From positions 1,587,799-1,637,114 of the forward strand of contig NC_068989.1 of assembly GCF_001194135.2 (NCBI RefSeq): a DNA stretch of 49,316 nucleotides, given 5' to 3'. Origin of the DNA: Octopus bimaculoides (lineage: Eukaryota). Positions within the stretch are counted from its first letter, which is position 1, and each line of letters opens with the position of its first letter. Of this stretch, positions 38,154-48,400 are shown in pieces. Both the position numbers and the translations under genes were made by a program. Under the pieces are notes generated by a model. That model did not search any database. It worked only from the letters and a program-made list of their open reading frames with translations, and was not told the origin of the DNA.

Positions 38154-38344
38154 CATAGTTGGAATTTACAAAATACAAAACGAAGACAGGTGTGTAAACA
38201 ACAAACAAGTGTATTTGTTTAACGCTCGGAAAGTGAGAAAGTCTTTTACGTTTCGAGCCGACGCTCTTCAACAGAAAGGAACACGAGGAAATAAACAGAG
38301 ATAATAAAAAAAGAAAGCTTTAGTAGCTAGCGGTCAATCATGGC
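38154..38344 (-). mobile_element. Short Penelope-like terminal-repeat element (second family) within (TA)n
   Basis: A ~190-bp segment flanked by (TA)n on both sides, containing a hammerhead-like motif with the same architecture as the Penelope copies. Confidence 0.55.
38243..38278 (-). ncRNA. Minimal hammerhead-like motif with variant core CUGUUGA
   Basis: CTTT-CTGTTGA-A-GAGC(GTCG)GCTC-GAAAC-GTA-AAAG: stem I CTTT/AAAG, stem II GAGC/GCTC, ACGT palindromic stem III and GUA triplet. The core has U in place of A6. Confidence 0.55.
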
Positions 38345-38838
38345 TATATATATATATATATATATATATNNNNNNNNNNNNNNNNNNNNNNNNNNNNNNN
38401 NNNNNNNNNNNNNNNNNNNNNNNNNNNNNNNNNNNNNNNNNNNNNNNNNNNNNNNNNNNNNNNNNNNNNNNNNNNNNNNNNNNNNNNNNNNNNNNNNNNN
38501 NNNNNNNNNNNNNNNNNNNNNNNNNNNNNNNNNNNNNNNNNNNNNNNNNNNNNNNNNNNNNNNNNNNNNNNNNNNNNNNNNNNNNNNNNNNNNNNNNNNN
38601 NNNNNNNNNNNNNNNNNNNNNNNNNNNNNNNNNNNNNNNNNNNNNNNNNNNNNNNNNNNNNNNNNNNNNNNNNNNNNNNNNNNNNNNNNNNNNNNNNNNN
38701 NAGGCCTAAACACAATATGAAGAGAGGGGAGACGAGTGCGAAATACTTAGGTGCAGGAGACACGAAACCAGCCAGATCCGAGAAGGATATGTCCATGTAG
38801 CGTTAGAAAGGGACTGTGGTTCAGTAGCATCCCGCATG

Positions 38839-38874
<36 letters not shown>

Positions 38875-39019
38875 CGCAAATAGATGTACAACTGTTACTG
38901 CTATGTTTAGATCTCCACGTGGATTATCCTAATCCGGTTTGCTTCCTCGATATTTGTTATACAAAGTAGTATTACTGGTTATGAACTAGAGAGAAAATGT
39001 AAAAGAAATAAGGATAGAC

Positions 39020-39145
39020 ACATCGACTTTAGCTTTCATCCTTTCAGAGTTGATAAATTAAGTACCAGTAAAACACTGGGTCGATGAAATCGAATTATCT
39101 CCTCTTCCAAAATTGCTGCCCTTGTGGCAAAATTTGAAACCAAGG
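39020..39145 (+). mobile_element. SINE family A, 3' half
   Basis: TCGACTTTAGCTTTCATCCTTTCAGAGTTGATAAATTAAGTACCAG...AAAATTGCTGCCCTTGTGGCAAAATTTGAAACC. Confidence 0.85.
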
Positions 39146-39415
39146 TTAATATCAATTAATGCTTTCAACACATTATGTTATATGTGAGATTCGACAACAC
39201 GTGACTCTCCTACAGTCAACCAATATTAAACGAGCAGAAATTCCCAATCCTAAAGATTAGCGCCTCCAAACATTTGTCTCCACGCAAAAACCGGGATATC
39301 ATTTCACACATTTTCACTTATTTTTTGTCTTTTATTTGTTTCAGTCATTTGGCTGTGGCCACNNNNNNNNNNNNNNNNNNNNNNNNNNNNACACACACAC
39401 ACACACACACACACA

Positions 39416-39780
39416 CATGTGGGTTGGACGAAATAATGGTAACATCTTAAAATTTCAAATAAATTAATTTTAATATGGGGTAGGGCCGCCTTTGGCAGTA
39501 ATTACAGCTTGGATTCTACGAGGTGTGGACTCGTACAGAGTTTGAATTGTTTTCAAAGGGATTTTTGTCCATTTTTTCAGCTAAAACAGTCTCCAGTTCT
39601 TGTAGTGATGATGGTGGAGGATATCGACTCCTTACTTGTTTTTCTAAAATGCACCATAGATGTTCCAATAATATTGAGATCCGGGGTCTGTGGTGACCAG
39701 ATAAGATGTCGAACTTCACTAGAATGTTCCTCGTACCATTCAGTAACTGTGCCAATTGGTGAATTATCATCCTGAAAGAT
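39416..39780 (-). mobile_element. Tc1 DNA transposon 3' fragment (frameshifted DDE transposase C-terminus plus TIR)
   Basis: Three frames give FQDDNSPI...WSPQTPDLNII / EHLWCILEKQVRSRYPPPSSLQELETVLAE / TIQTLYESTPRRIQAVITAKGGPTPY* (stop at 39470-39472). The TIR-like TGTGGGTTGGACGAAATAATGGTAACATCT is at ~39418-39447. Confidence 0.9.
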
Positions 39781-39781
39781 T

Positions 39782-39872
39782 GAGGCAAAAGTAGAAGACA
39801 CTTACCCAAGGGGCCTCACAGTAGGATTGAACCCGGAATCATGTGGTTGGGAAGCATCTTTCTTGCCTCACC
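39782..39872 (-). mobile_element. CORE-type SINE fragment abutting the Tc1 remnant
   Basis: Reverse complement reads CTTCCCAACCACATGATTCCGGGTTCAATCCTACTGTGAGGCCCCTTGGGTAAGTGTCTTCTAC. Confidence 0.75.
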
Positions 39873-41140
39873 TAAGCAAAGTAAAAGGGAAAACAAAAAT
39901 GAAACAATTGAAATGGTACACAATTAGAGGTTTGCTGACAAGGCTGAGATCGAACCTATGACCCTGCAACTGCAAGATGTGTTTTTTTTGTTTTTTGTTT
40001 TTTGTTAACGGTGTGACAAAGTAAATTGATGGGGAACTTACAACCTGTAGTTAAGGAGGCTCACAAGAGAGAGAAACCGTCATCACTGGTGACAGAAATT
40101 ATAATGTCTACTTATGTTAAACGGTTTGGTTTAATCGGCAGTTTAGCTGGAATAATGATATATAGTTCTTCCAGTAACTAGTTAGCAGCAGAGAAATCTA
40201 GCGGGAATTAAAATCTCTACGCCCTTTTGTAAATGACTTACTGGGTGGGCAATTCAGGCATATTATTTATCCTGCATGTGTGAGCGGTTGTGTGCAATAT
40301 GTATGCGTGCATTTGTTTGCATAATAAAGCAATTTAGATGCTGCTAGCACATACTTGCCAACGCACACATACGAACTAACATCAGACGAGTGTAAAAGTT
40401 TATCAGCGAAAATGTGCTTTGAAAATACATTAATAAATTCTGAGATAAGTTTATATAAACAGACCTTTTTATGTATATTATGAACAATATTTGTACATGT
40501 GCGGTATTATATAGTTATGTATGCATATTTGTATGTGTATATATATATATATGTATGTATGTATGTATGTGCATTCTCCGTAAAACTGTAACCGCTGGGA
40601 AAGGATGGTAGTGAAGGGCTCTCACTGTTTCTCTCTGTGTTCTTAATAAACATTTACTTTTCCGCTGATCAAACAGTCACCACCTCTCCTCCCCAGCGGT
40701 TCGTTAAGGCAATCTGCTGTAGAGGAATGACAACAGACTTCGCATTCTTACCAAGTTCCTCGGCCTTGAGAAACGCAATTGGTCGAGTGGAGATCATGCC
40801 AATTTTAGCCACCGGGTCGTAACTCCAATTACCGTTCCACTCAAAAGACGTGACTTCGTTTCACATTATTAAAGCCATTTAACAGCTCCTACCTGTGAGA
40901 AGCAACTGACTTCAGAAATGTTTTATATTCCCTACTCAAAAAGCTATTACAAGACTTACGCTTCGCATCAGTTCTTGACTAAGACTCTTTACTCTACTCA
41001 GCCAAGTCGAATTACAAAATTACTTTCCTTTAATCGGCCCAATGGAATTAGTTCTTTGGCAAAGTCAAACAAACCTGGAATTGTACATTATTTACATTAT
41101 TTACATTTGACGGATATTTGTCCTCATCTTGTTTGTTGTT

Positions 41141-41186
41141 AACACAACGTTTCGGCTGATATACCCTCCAGCCTTCATCAAGTGTC
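41141..41186 (-). ncRNA. Hammerhead motif with core mutation (TTGATGA, C3 to U)
   Basis: GACAC-TTGATGA-A-GGCTG(GAGGGTATAT)CAGCC-GAAAC-GTT-GTGTT. Confidence 0.65.
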
Positions 41187-41233
41187 TTGGTAAAATTTCG
41201 AACCTGGGTTCTCATGCCTAAGGTATTTTTCAA

Positions 41234-41264
<31 letters not shown>

Positions 41265-41315
41265 ATTATTATCATGTAGGTCACTGCCTGGAATCGAACT
41301 CGAAATTTTCCCAAA

Positions 41316-41360
41316 GACACCTGATGAAAGCTGGAGAGTGTATCAGCCGAAACGTTGTGT
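41316..41360 (+). ncRNA. Hammerhead motif with stem II closing-pair mismatch
   Basis: GACAC-CTGATGA-A-AGCTG(GAGAGTGTAT)CAGCC-GAAAC-GTT-GTGT. The core is intact but the G10.1-C11.1 pair is lost. Confidence 0.65.
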
Positions 41361-41745
41361 AAACAACAAACAAGATGAGAACAAATATCCGTCAAACATA
41401 AATAATTCCTCATCTCTTAAATATAGAACTGTAAAACCTCGAATTGGTTTAAAACTTATTTTATAATCACGGTTGTAATGAACTCGAGTCACCTGATGTA
41501 AAATCTGATTGGATTATGTGAGCGTAGACAATCAAATATCTCCAGTTTTTCTTTGTCTGGTTTTATATGGTTTGTCTGTCAAGGGATGCAAATTTATACT
41601 TTCTAAATCATTCGACACGAGCTGCAGTTGTTCCGTTCATTTTTTGCATTTTGTCTCGTAACGCTTAATGATATAATTTTCGAAACTTGATGATGGGCCC
41701 TGCCTAAATCCTCTCATCTTTGCTCTTCCTCACAGCAAAAAAAAT

Positions 41746-42160
41746 CTACAAAGGCTTCTCAGTCCACTTCCTAGCTCCATCGGACAAACTGGAAAAGGCG
41801 TTGCCCCGGAGGATAGCGAGAGAGATGGACTGGAACAGACACACTGATCCACGGGACTCACACTTGTGGATAGCCATCCCTTCCCTGATACTAGTGATCG
41901 GGGATGTGGCCTGGGGGACGAACACCAGAGGTTTTCACTGCCACAGGTTCGCCCATAAAAGCCTGTCAGAGAGCGACCGATACTTTATTACTTTGACGAG
42001 CAGCGGAGCCTGGTCTGGGAGGTGGACACACCAAGTTGCTACTGGAGAAGGTATCACCACATGTGGCATCCCGGATGAGTGGCCTACCACCACGGAACGA
42101 GTAAATTATCATACTATCAGGCCTATTATTATCTCCTCGGTCTAGCGCCGCTGGCTCGAG
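41746..42160 (-). mobile_element. CRE-type non-LTR retrotransposon 3' fragment (restriction-like endonuclease domain, frameshifted)
   Basis: Minus-strand pieces LEPAALDRGDNNRPDSMIIYSFRGGRPLIRDATCGDTFSSSNL / KYRSLSDR / EPVAVKTSGV / ESRGSVCLFQSISLAILRGNAFS match the CRE RLE motifs (LEP...RPD...D.TC.DT...KY...PVAVET.G...LFQ.IS.AI.RGNA). Confidence 0.85.
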
Positions 42161-42215
42161 CTGGGAAGTTTTCTTTCGTCAGTCGAGTTCCAGATTATCT
42201 TTGCAGTTTCGGCTG

Positions 42216-42280
<65 letters not shown>

Positions 42281-42604
42281 ACAAATGCATTTTTTAAAAG
42301 TGTATCGCTACAGATTTTCTATAAAATCTAGAGCCGTCACTGAAAGTTACATTTCGTATTCGAATATCTCTGTGTAAACAATGCGCCCAAAGATAGAAAA
42401 ATAGGTAATAATTGCATATGAATATTTCATGAGTTACCGCTCCCTCCTCGACACCCCATCCGACCATTAAACATCCATGAATATATTTGCTTAAACTGCC
42501 ACGAGGTTTAGCGGTGGAATTACTACTGTACAGAACAATTTGTACATTAAACACATTCCTGACAATTGGTAAGTACATATTAATTGCTTAGAGGTACACT
42601 AATT

Positions 42605-42775
42605 AAGTTCAAATTCCGCCGAGGTCGACTTTGCCTTTCATCCTTTCGGGGTCGATAAATTAGTACCAGTTACGCACTGGAGTCGATGTAATCGACTTAA
42701 TCCCTTTGTCTGTGCTTGTTTGTCCCCTCTATGTTTAGCCCCTTGTGAGCAATAAAGAAATAGAGGTACACTAAT
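42605..42775 (+). mobile_element. SINE family A, young-looking 5'-truncated copy
   Basis: AGTTCAAATTCCGCCGAGGTCGACTTTGCCTTTCATCCTTTCGGGGTCGATAAATTAGTACCAGTTACGCACTGGAGTCGATGTAATCGACTTAATCCC...AATAAAGAAATAG. Confidence 0.9.
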
Positions 42776-42929
42776 AATAGGGGACGCTAATAGGAGACAC
42801 TTATAAAAGGACACCAACGCACTGCTGACACACAAAGAATAGTACACAGTATTGACTTATAAACCTTTGATATGCTTGGTTGTAAGGGTTACAAAACGAA
42901 ATACGGTGTTCCTATCAGCAGTTAATACA

Positions 42930-43163
42930 CAAACACACGCATATATATATGCTTGTATGTATGTGTGTGTGTATGTATGTATGTATGTGTGTGTGTATGT
43001 ATGTATGTATGTATGTATGTATGAGAGACAGAGACAGATTGAGAAGGTGAGAGGAACAAAAAGGGAATTTATAGAGGATAGGAGAGAAAACAGTATAAAT
43101 GGGTGATGAGTAAATTACTGGTACACTTTCGATTACCTGTTATCCGTAGATTATATATATACA

Positions 43164-43214
<51 letters not shown>

Positions 43215-43834
43215 CTTTTTAGCTCAGTACATCTATAAGAGATTTCATCTCGGAGGAACCCGCAGCATCTTGCCTGTCAAGATATATGCTTGTGTGTGTA
43301 TGTGTACGCATATATATACATACATGCATTAGTTTGATGCGTACTCTGGCAATATGTGTGTGTGTGTGTGTGTGTGTGAAATTTTGATTTAAATTGTGAA
43401 GGTTTGACGATGAAAACATCTGAAAATAACTGTAAACTAACTTCAACATATAAATACGGCAATGACCATGTGTGTATGTTTATGTATAAACATACACGCT
43501 CACATATACACACGTCTATCTCACACATACATACATTTATATATATACACACTCATATATCATGCATTTATCTATACACCATGTGAGTATGCGTATCATG
43601 TGTGTGTGTGTCTATACGCACGTGTGTGTATATATATGTTTGTGTCTGTGAATGTACTTATATACTTGTGTATCCAAATATACATTATATATCATTATTA
43701 TTGTTGTTGTTGCTGTTTATTATTATGATTATTATTATTATTATTTGCAGCATACCAATATTTATGTTTGACAGGGAGTACATTTTGTATACTCCTACGG
43801 TATATGCAACCATATACCGTGTTTATGTATACAC

Positions 43835-43881
<47 letters not shown>

Positions 43882-43971
43882 TACATATACGTATATATAT
43901 ATGTATGTGTATATATATATATAGATATAGATATATATGTGTATACATATAGATATATACACATGCATGTT

Positions 43972-44062
<91 letters not shown>

Positions 44063-44423
44063 TCATATACATATATGCGAATATATACACGTGTGTGTGT
44101 GTGTGTGTGCACATATATACATACATATATGTATGACCGTGTGTAAACAATATTGTTGCTGTTTCTTAGTGAAGGTATTTGTGTTTGTGTTGATGGGTGA
44201 ATGCGTGTGCGTGTGTCATGGCAATGTAAACATTATCAGACAAACGTTGTTGCCGTCAACACTTAATGATATCTTTCCCCAGATATTTACTTTCCATGTA
44301 AACACTGTATCTAACTATGTGTATGCAGATATTTATATAGCTATGCATAGGTACATACATATTCATTTATATACATGCCTATACATACATACATACATAT
44401 GTTATTACTATCATCATCATCCA

Positions 44424-44462
<39 letters not shown>

Positions 44463-44470
44463 CATGTTTT
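42930..44470. repeat. Compound microsatellite field: (TATG)n, (TA)n, (CA)n, (ATT)n
   Basis: About 1.5 kb dominated by TA/CA/TATG/ATT arrays; the source of many spurious IY/VC/HT ORFs. Confidence 0.9.
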
Positions 44471-44617
44471 AGTGTTATTGTTATTATTATGTCTTAGTTT
44501 TAGTGTGATCATCATCATTATTCGAAGGTAGGACTTCTTGAACCGTAGATCTAAGCTTCACGTTACCAACTAATCAAACGACTGAAGTACAGAAGCATTG
44601 TGACAGCATATAAGCCA

Positions 44618-44810
44618 AAATGACTGCAAACTTATCGAAGTATGATTACAGAACAGTATCTCACTATATCATTGATATCGGAAAAGAAATGCTGGACGAT
44701 GCGTCTCGATAATGCGCTCGGCAATCCATTGACGAGTGTTTCTTTCTCGATATCAACGATATGGCGAAATACTGTTCTCTAATCATTTTGCGATAAGTTT
44801 GCAGTTATTT
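44618..44810. repeat. Long imperfect inverted repeat (possible MITE remnant)
   Basis: 44621-44689 versus the reverse complement of 44739-44807 gives 58/69 identical by hand alignment, with a 49-nt spacer. Confidence 0.8.
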
Positions 44811-46950
44811 GAGATTTTATAGTGTCACGATACTTCAATCGTTTCTTTCATCTTCAAGTGCAAAATACGTGACATTTTAATTTATTCTCGCGTAAACATT
44901 GCCTTTTTCTTTATATAAAACATATCGAACGTTTAAATGACACACTAGCAAGGAAATCAACTATTTATGATGGAGCTTTGGTATTAAAGAACAACACGAA
45001 ATTCTTGTTAGTGGTAGCTACTTACGTTTCGCATGATACTGGAAATCTATATTGAATACATGTATTGTGCATTGATTTATTTATAATTGAAACTTCACTC
45101 CGTTGATACTTTGGTCCCGTCTACATCGCAGTGAAGAATAAGAAACTAGAAGCCACGGGGTGAAGCAGCCTGTTTCCAATTATTGAAAGAGAGAGAGAGA
45201 GTGTGTGTGTGTGTGTGTGTGTTCGTGCGCGCATAACATTTCTATCCTACACCGGTAATCCTCCTACAGAAGAAACAAAACAGAACAAGAACACTCAGAG
45301 AGAGAAAATCTCCGCCAAGGCAACACCAAAGTCCTCTCTCAACGATTAGCCAGAGATGATTTTTAAAATGAGAATATCTGAAGTAAACTCGACTGCTCTC
45401 ACAAACGAGAATAATAAAAATGAACCCGACCGCTCTCAAAAATTAAGTAAAGAAACGCTTATCATATTTTTTGCCGAGCTCTTCTTATTGTTTTCTATTT
45501 TCGCCATACACCTCAACGCCGCCGCCGCCGCATGTGTCGACCAGATGTGCACTGTTTTGGTTTTGTCGCTATTTTATCGTATTGTGAATGCTGTCAGTAA
45601 TGTCTGTGCAGTGCATATAATAGCATTCGTTTTTATTATTAACAAGGAACTTAAAGCTAAGAGGATTATTTCTATTTTCTATTAAAAAGGTGATAATACT
45701 GGTGGGACCCTCAGCATGCCCACAGCCTTTCGGCTGAAACGCATAAAAGCATATACGGGATGTCTCAAAACATGTATACACACATTGATTAATTATAAAT
45801 TAATGTTTATTAAGATACATTTCATTTTCAAAATTTAATTGAATCGACCGACAAAATTTGATTTCCCTTTGTAAGCTGTTTTTCAAACTATTGACCGTCC
45901 CGTCGAGCCATTGCTGATAACTTGAAGCAGTAGAATCATAAACAGCAAGAAATATTTCGTTCAGAATTTGTGTGCATTTTCTTTCTATGCCTTTCCTCAA
46001 TTCGCCGAATGTAAATTTTATCTTCTAAGCATCTGGTGCCACTGCAAAGTGCCAAAGATCCTAATAGTCGACTATATCTATTCCATCGTTGTATATAATC
46101 GAGCTTTACAGTGACTGGGCAGAAATGACTGATCATTCGTCTCTTCTCCAATTTTTTTCTTTGCAATATTTTAAAATTTCCGTTTTGCTTTTGCCTCATA
46201 TAGTTTAACCTTGTCTGTTTTGTTCTTTCCTAAAACTCTGGCTTCGGTGTACTTAGTTCCCAGTTTGCACGATATGGTACCACCACCAGCAATATCAAAA
46301 GGAGGAACTCCCCACTCCCTGATATATCTCAGCCTCGCTCTCCTGCATCAAAAAAGAAAGCACACACATGCGCAGAGATACCACTCCCACCATCTGCTCA
46401 GACTTCACTGGGACGTCATGAGATGTGTTAGAGGTGAAAATCCTGCCGCAGGAGGTCGTTCACGTGGGAGGGAAAATATGTAAACAAGGACGATCTTAGC
46501 AAAAGGCTTGTAGGTTTGAAGGGGAAGCAGAGGAGATTTATTCAACCAACCACACATCCACACCACCATTGCTAACGCTACCAATATCAACACCATCACT
46601 ATAACAATAAAATCTTCATCAATTTTACAGCTGTAAATAAATATATTTGATGAGTTTCTTAGAACTCAAATATGAAATAACAAGAAGGGGAAAAGGTTTG
46701 GAGGAAGCATTTCACAGGTTACCACAAAAGATGACTTGGTGGTGGCAGTGCGAGGAGGTTCTAACGTCAGAATGGCCAAAAGCATTTTAGGGGTTTTATA
46801 AAGAACACTTGTCAACCGCTGGAAGACAGCCATCTCTGTAGTGACTTTGGACCAATGTAAGAAAACACCGTTATTATTAATCTCGTTTTTGTTTTGTTTT
46901 GTTTTTTGGGCTTTTTTTTCGTTTTTCTAATTGTTATTATCAGCATTATC

Positions 46951-47275
46951 AAGGTGGCAAGCTGGCTAAATGGATAGCATGCTGGGGAAAATGCTGAGCG
47001 GCATTTAGCCCGTCTTCTGAGTGCTGAGTTCGAATTCCGCCGAGATCGATTTTGCGTTTTTATCTTTTCGATGTCGATGAAGTAAATACCAGGTGAGCCC
47101 TGGGGTCGACTGAATCGACTTCTCCACCCCTCAAAATAGCTGGTCTTGTGTCAAAATACGAAAGGATTTTAATAGCATTAGAAGGCGGAAGATCAGCAGA
47201 ATCATGAGTGTGTGGAGAAAATATCGCAGCATTTATTCCGGTTCTTTACGTTTTGAGTTCAAATTCAACCAATCG
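46951..47275 (+). mobile_element. SINE family A full copy followed by a second partial head
   Basis: AAGGTGGCAAGCTGGC...GAGTTCGAATTCCGCCGAGATCG...GGTCTTGTGTCAAAATACGAAA, then GGCGGAAGATCAGCAGAATC...TTTTGAGTTCAAATTC. Confidence 0.8.
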
Positions 47276-47424
47276 CTGGAGTCAATACAATCGGTTATCT
47301 TCCCCACCAGCATGAAAACCATTGGCCTTCTCCCTACCTAGAAATAATTATACAGGGCGGGTGGTTTAACAGAAACATTAGATCATTGGAATAAGTACCT
47401 TGTGGTGTTTATTTTGGTCCCTTA

Positions 47425-47560
47425 CTCTAGGTTCAATACCATCGAGGCCAATTTTGCTTTCCATTCCCACGAGGATTGATAAAATAGAGTACCAGCCAAA
47501 TGCTGGGTCGATGTAATCGAATTAACTCCCCCACTCCATGGTCTTGTGACTATTTTAGGA
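47425..47560 (+). mobile_element. SINE family A, diverged 3' part
   Basis: GGTTCAATACCATCGAGGCCAATTTTGCTTTCCATTCC...GATAAAATAGAGTACCAG...GGGTCGATGTAATCGA. Confidence 0.65.
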
Positions 47561-48032
47561 ACACTTTTTGAACATTTTTCCACGCCATCTTCCCCCACCA
47601 CTGCCATCATATTTATCATCACCACTAACAACAGCGCCCTCAACGCTAACACCACGACCATCATCATCATCATTATTATCATCATCGTCATTAATATCAT
47701 CAGCAACAAATCATGTTCTTGATGCCGAAACCTCGAAACATGGCTCGGTTACTTAGGCTGCCATTTGTCGACAATTCAGCTTCAAAATGGAAGCTATCCA
47801 TTTACTAACAACATGGAGATTACGTTTCTTAAATTGTTGTGAATATTTTCGTCTTCTATTTTTTTCATTTGTGTCGGTCGCTGATCTTATATCTCTCGCG
47901 CGAAGTCAGCCTGAAAGCAAGCACAACAACAACAATAACCACGACTAATGTACTTTTGGTGATAACAGTGTCGGATGGAAAGTAACGAAACACGCAGGTG
48001 AGAAATATCACCGACAGACAACACCAATTTAA

Positions 48033-48034
<2 letters not shown>

Positions 48035-48082
<48 letters not shown>

Positions 48083-48400
48083 CTCTCTCTCTCTCTTTCT
48101 TTCTTTCTCTCTCTCCCCATCTTTCTCCCCACTCTTTCCCATTTCTCTTCCTCTCTATTTCCTTCGTTCTCTCACTCCATCTCTCCCTATCTCACTCTGT
48201 CTTTCCATCTTTCTCTCTCCCTCTCTCTCTCCCTCCATATCTTTCTCGTTCCTGTGTATGTGTATATATGTGTGTGTGTTTATTTATATGCACATGTATG
48301 TGTGTGTATCTGTACATATATACACACACACACACATATATATAATATATGTGTATGTATGTACATACATACATATACATATAAAACGTATACATATAAA
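48035..48400. repeat. (CT)n/pyrimidine tract followed by (TG/TA/CA) repeats
   Basis: Direct reading of the sequence. Confidence 0.85.

Larger units (their letters stand above)
41084..41433. mobile_element. Inverted pair of Penelope terminal-repeat fragments, one insertion with a 13-bp TSD (1 mismatch)
   Basis: A minus copy at 41084-~41302 (tail, hammerhead, (AAC/AAT)n, B-box) is joined to a plus copy at ~41300-41433 (hammerhead, tail ending AGAACTGTA). The flanks are AAACCTGGAATTG (41071-41083) and AAACCTCGAATTG (41434-41446). Confidence 0.85.

Noticed and set aside
40826-40850. FEWNGNWSYD resembling the calpain EWNGxWSD motif
   Set aside because: The preceding NPWG and the downstream calpain motifs are absent.
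41720-42145. 141-aa plus-strand ORF (MLFLTAKK...)
   Set aside because: It is the antisense shadow of the CRE-type endonuclease remnant on the minus strand.
42534-42568. NNLYIKHIPDN before a G|GTAAGT donor, resembling an RRM RNP2 motif
   Set aside because: Only 35 nt with a weak acceptor, and no matching downstream RNP1 exon was found.
45356-45685. 109-aa ORF with a hydrophobic stretch and poly-Ala
   Set aside because: The poly-Ala comes from a (GCC)n repeat, there is no good donor and no homology is recognised; the length is compatible with chance.
45722-45750. Hairpin CAGCC-TTTC-GGCTG followed by AAAC, hammerhead-like
   Set aside because: No CUGANGA core upstream and no stem I.
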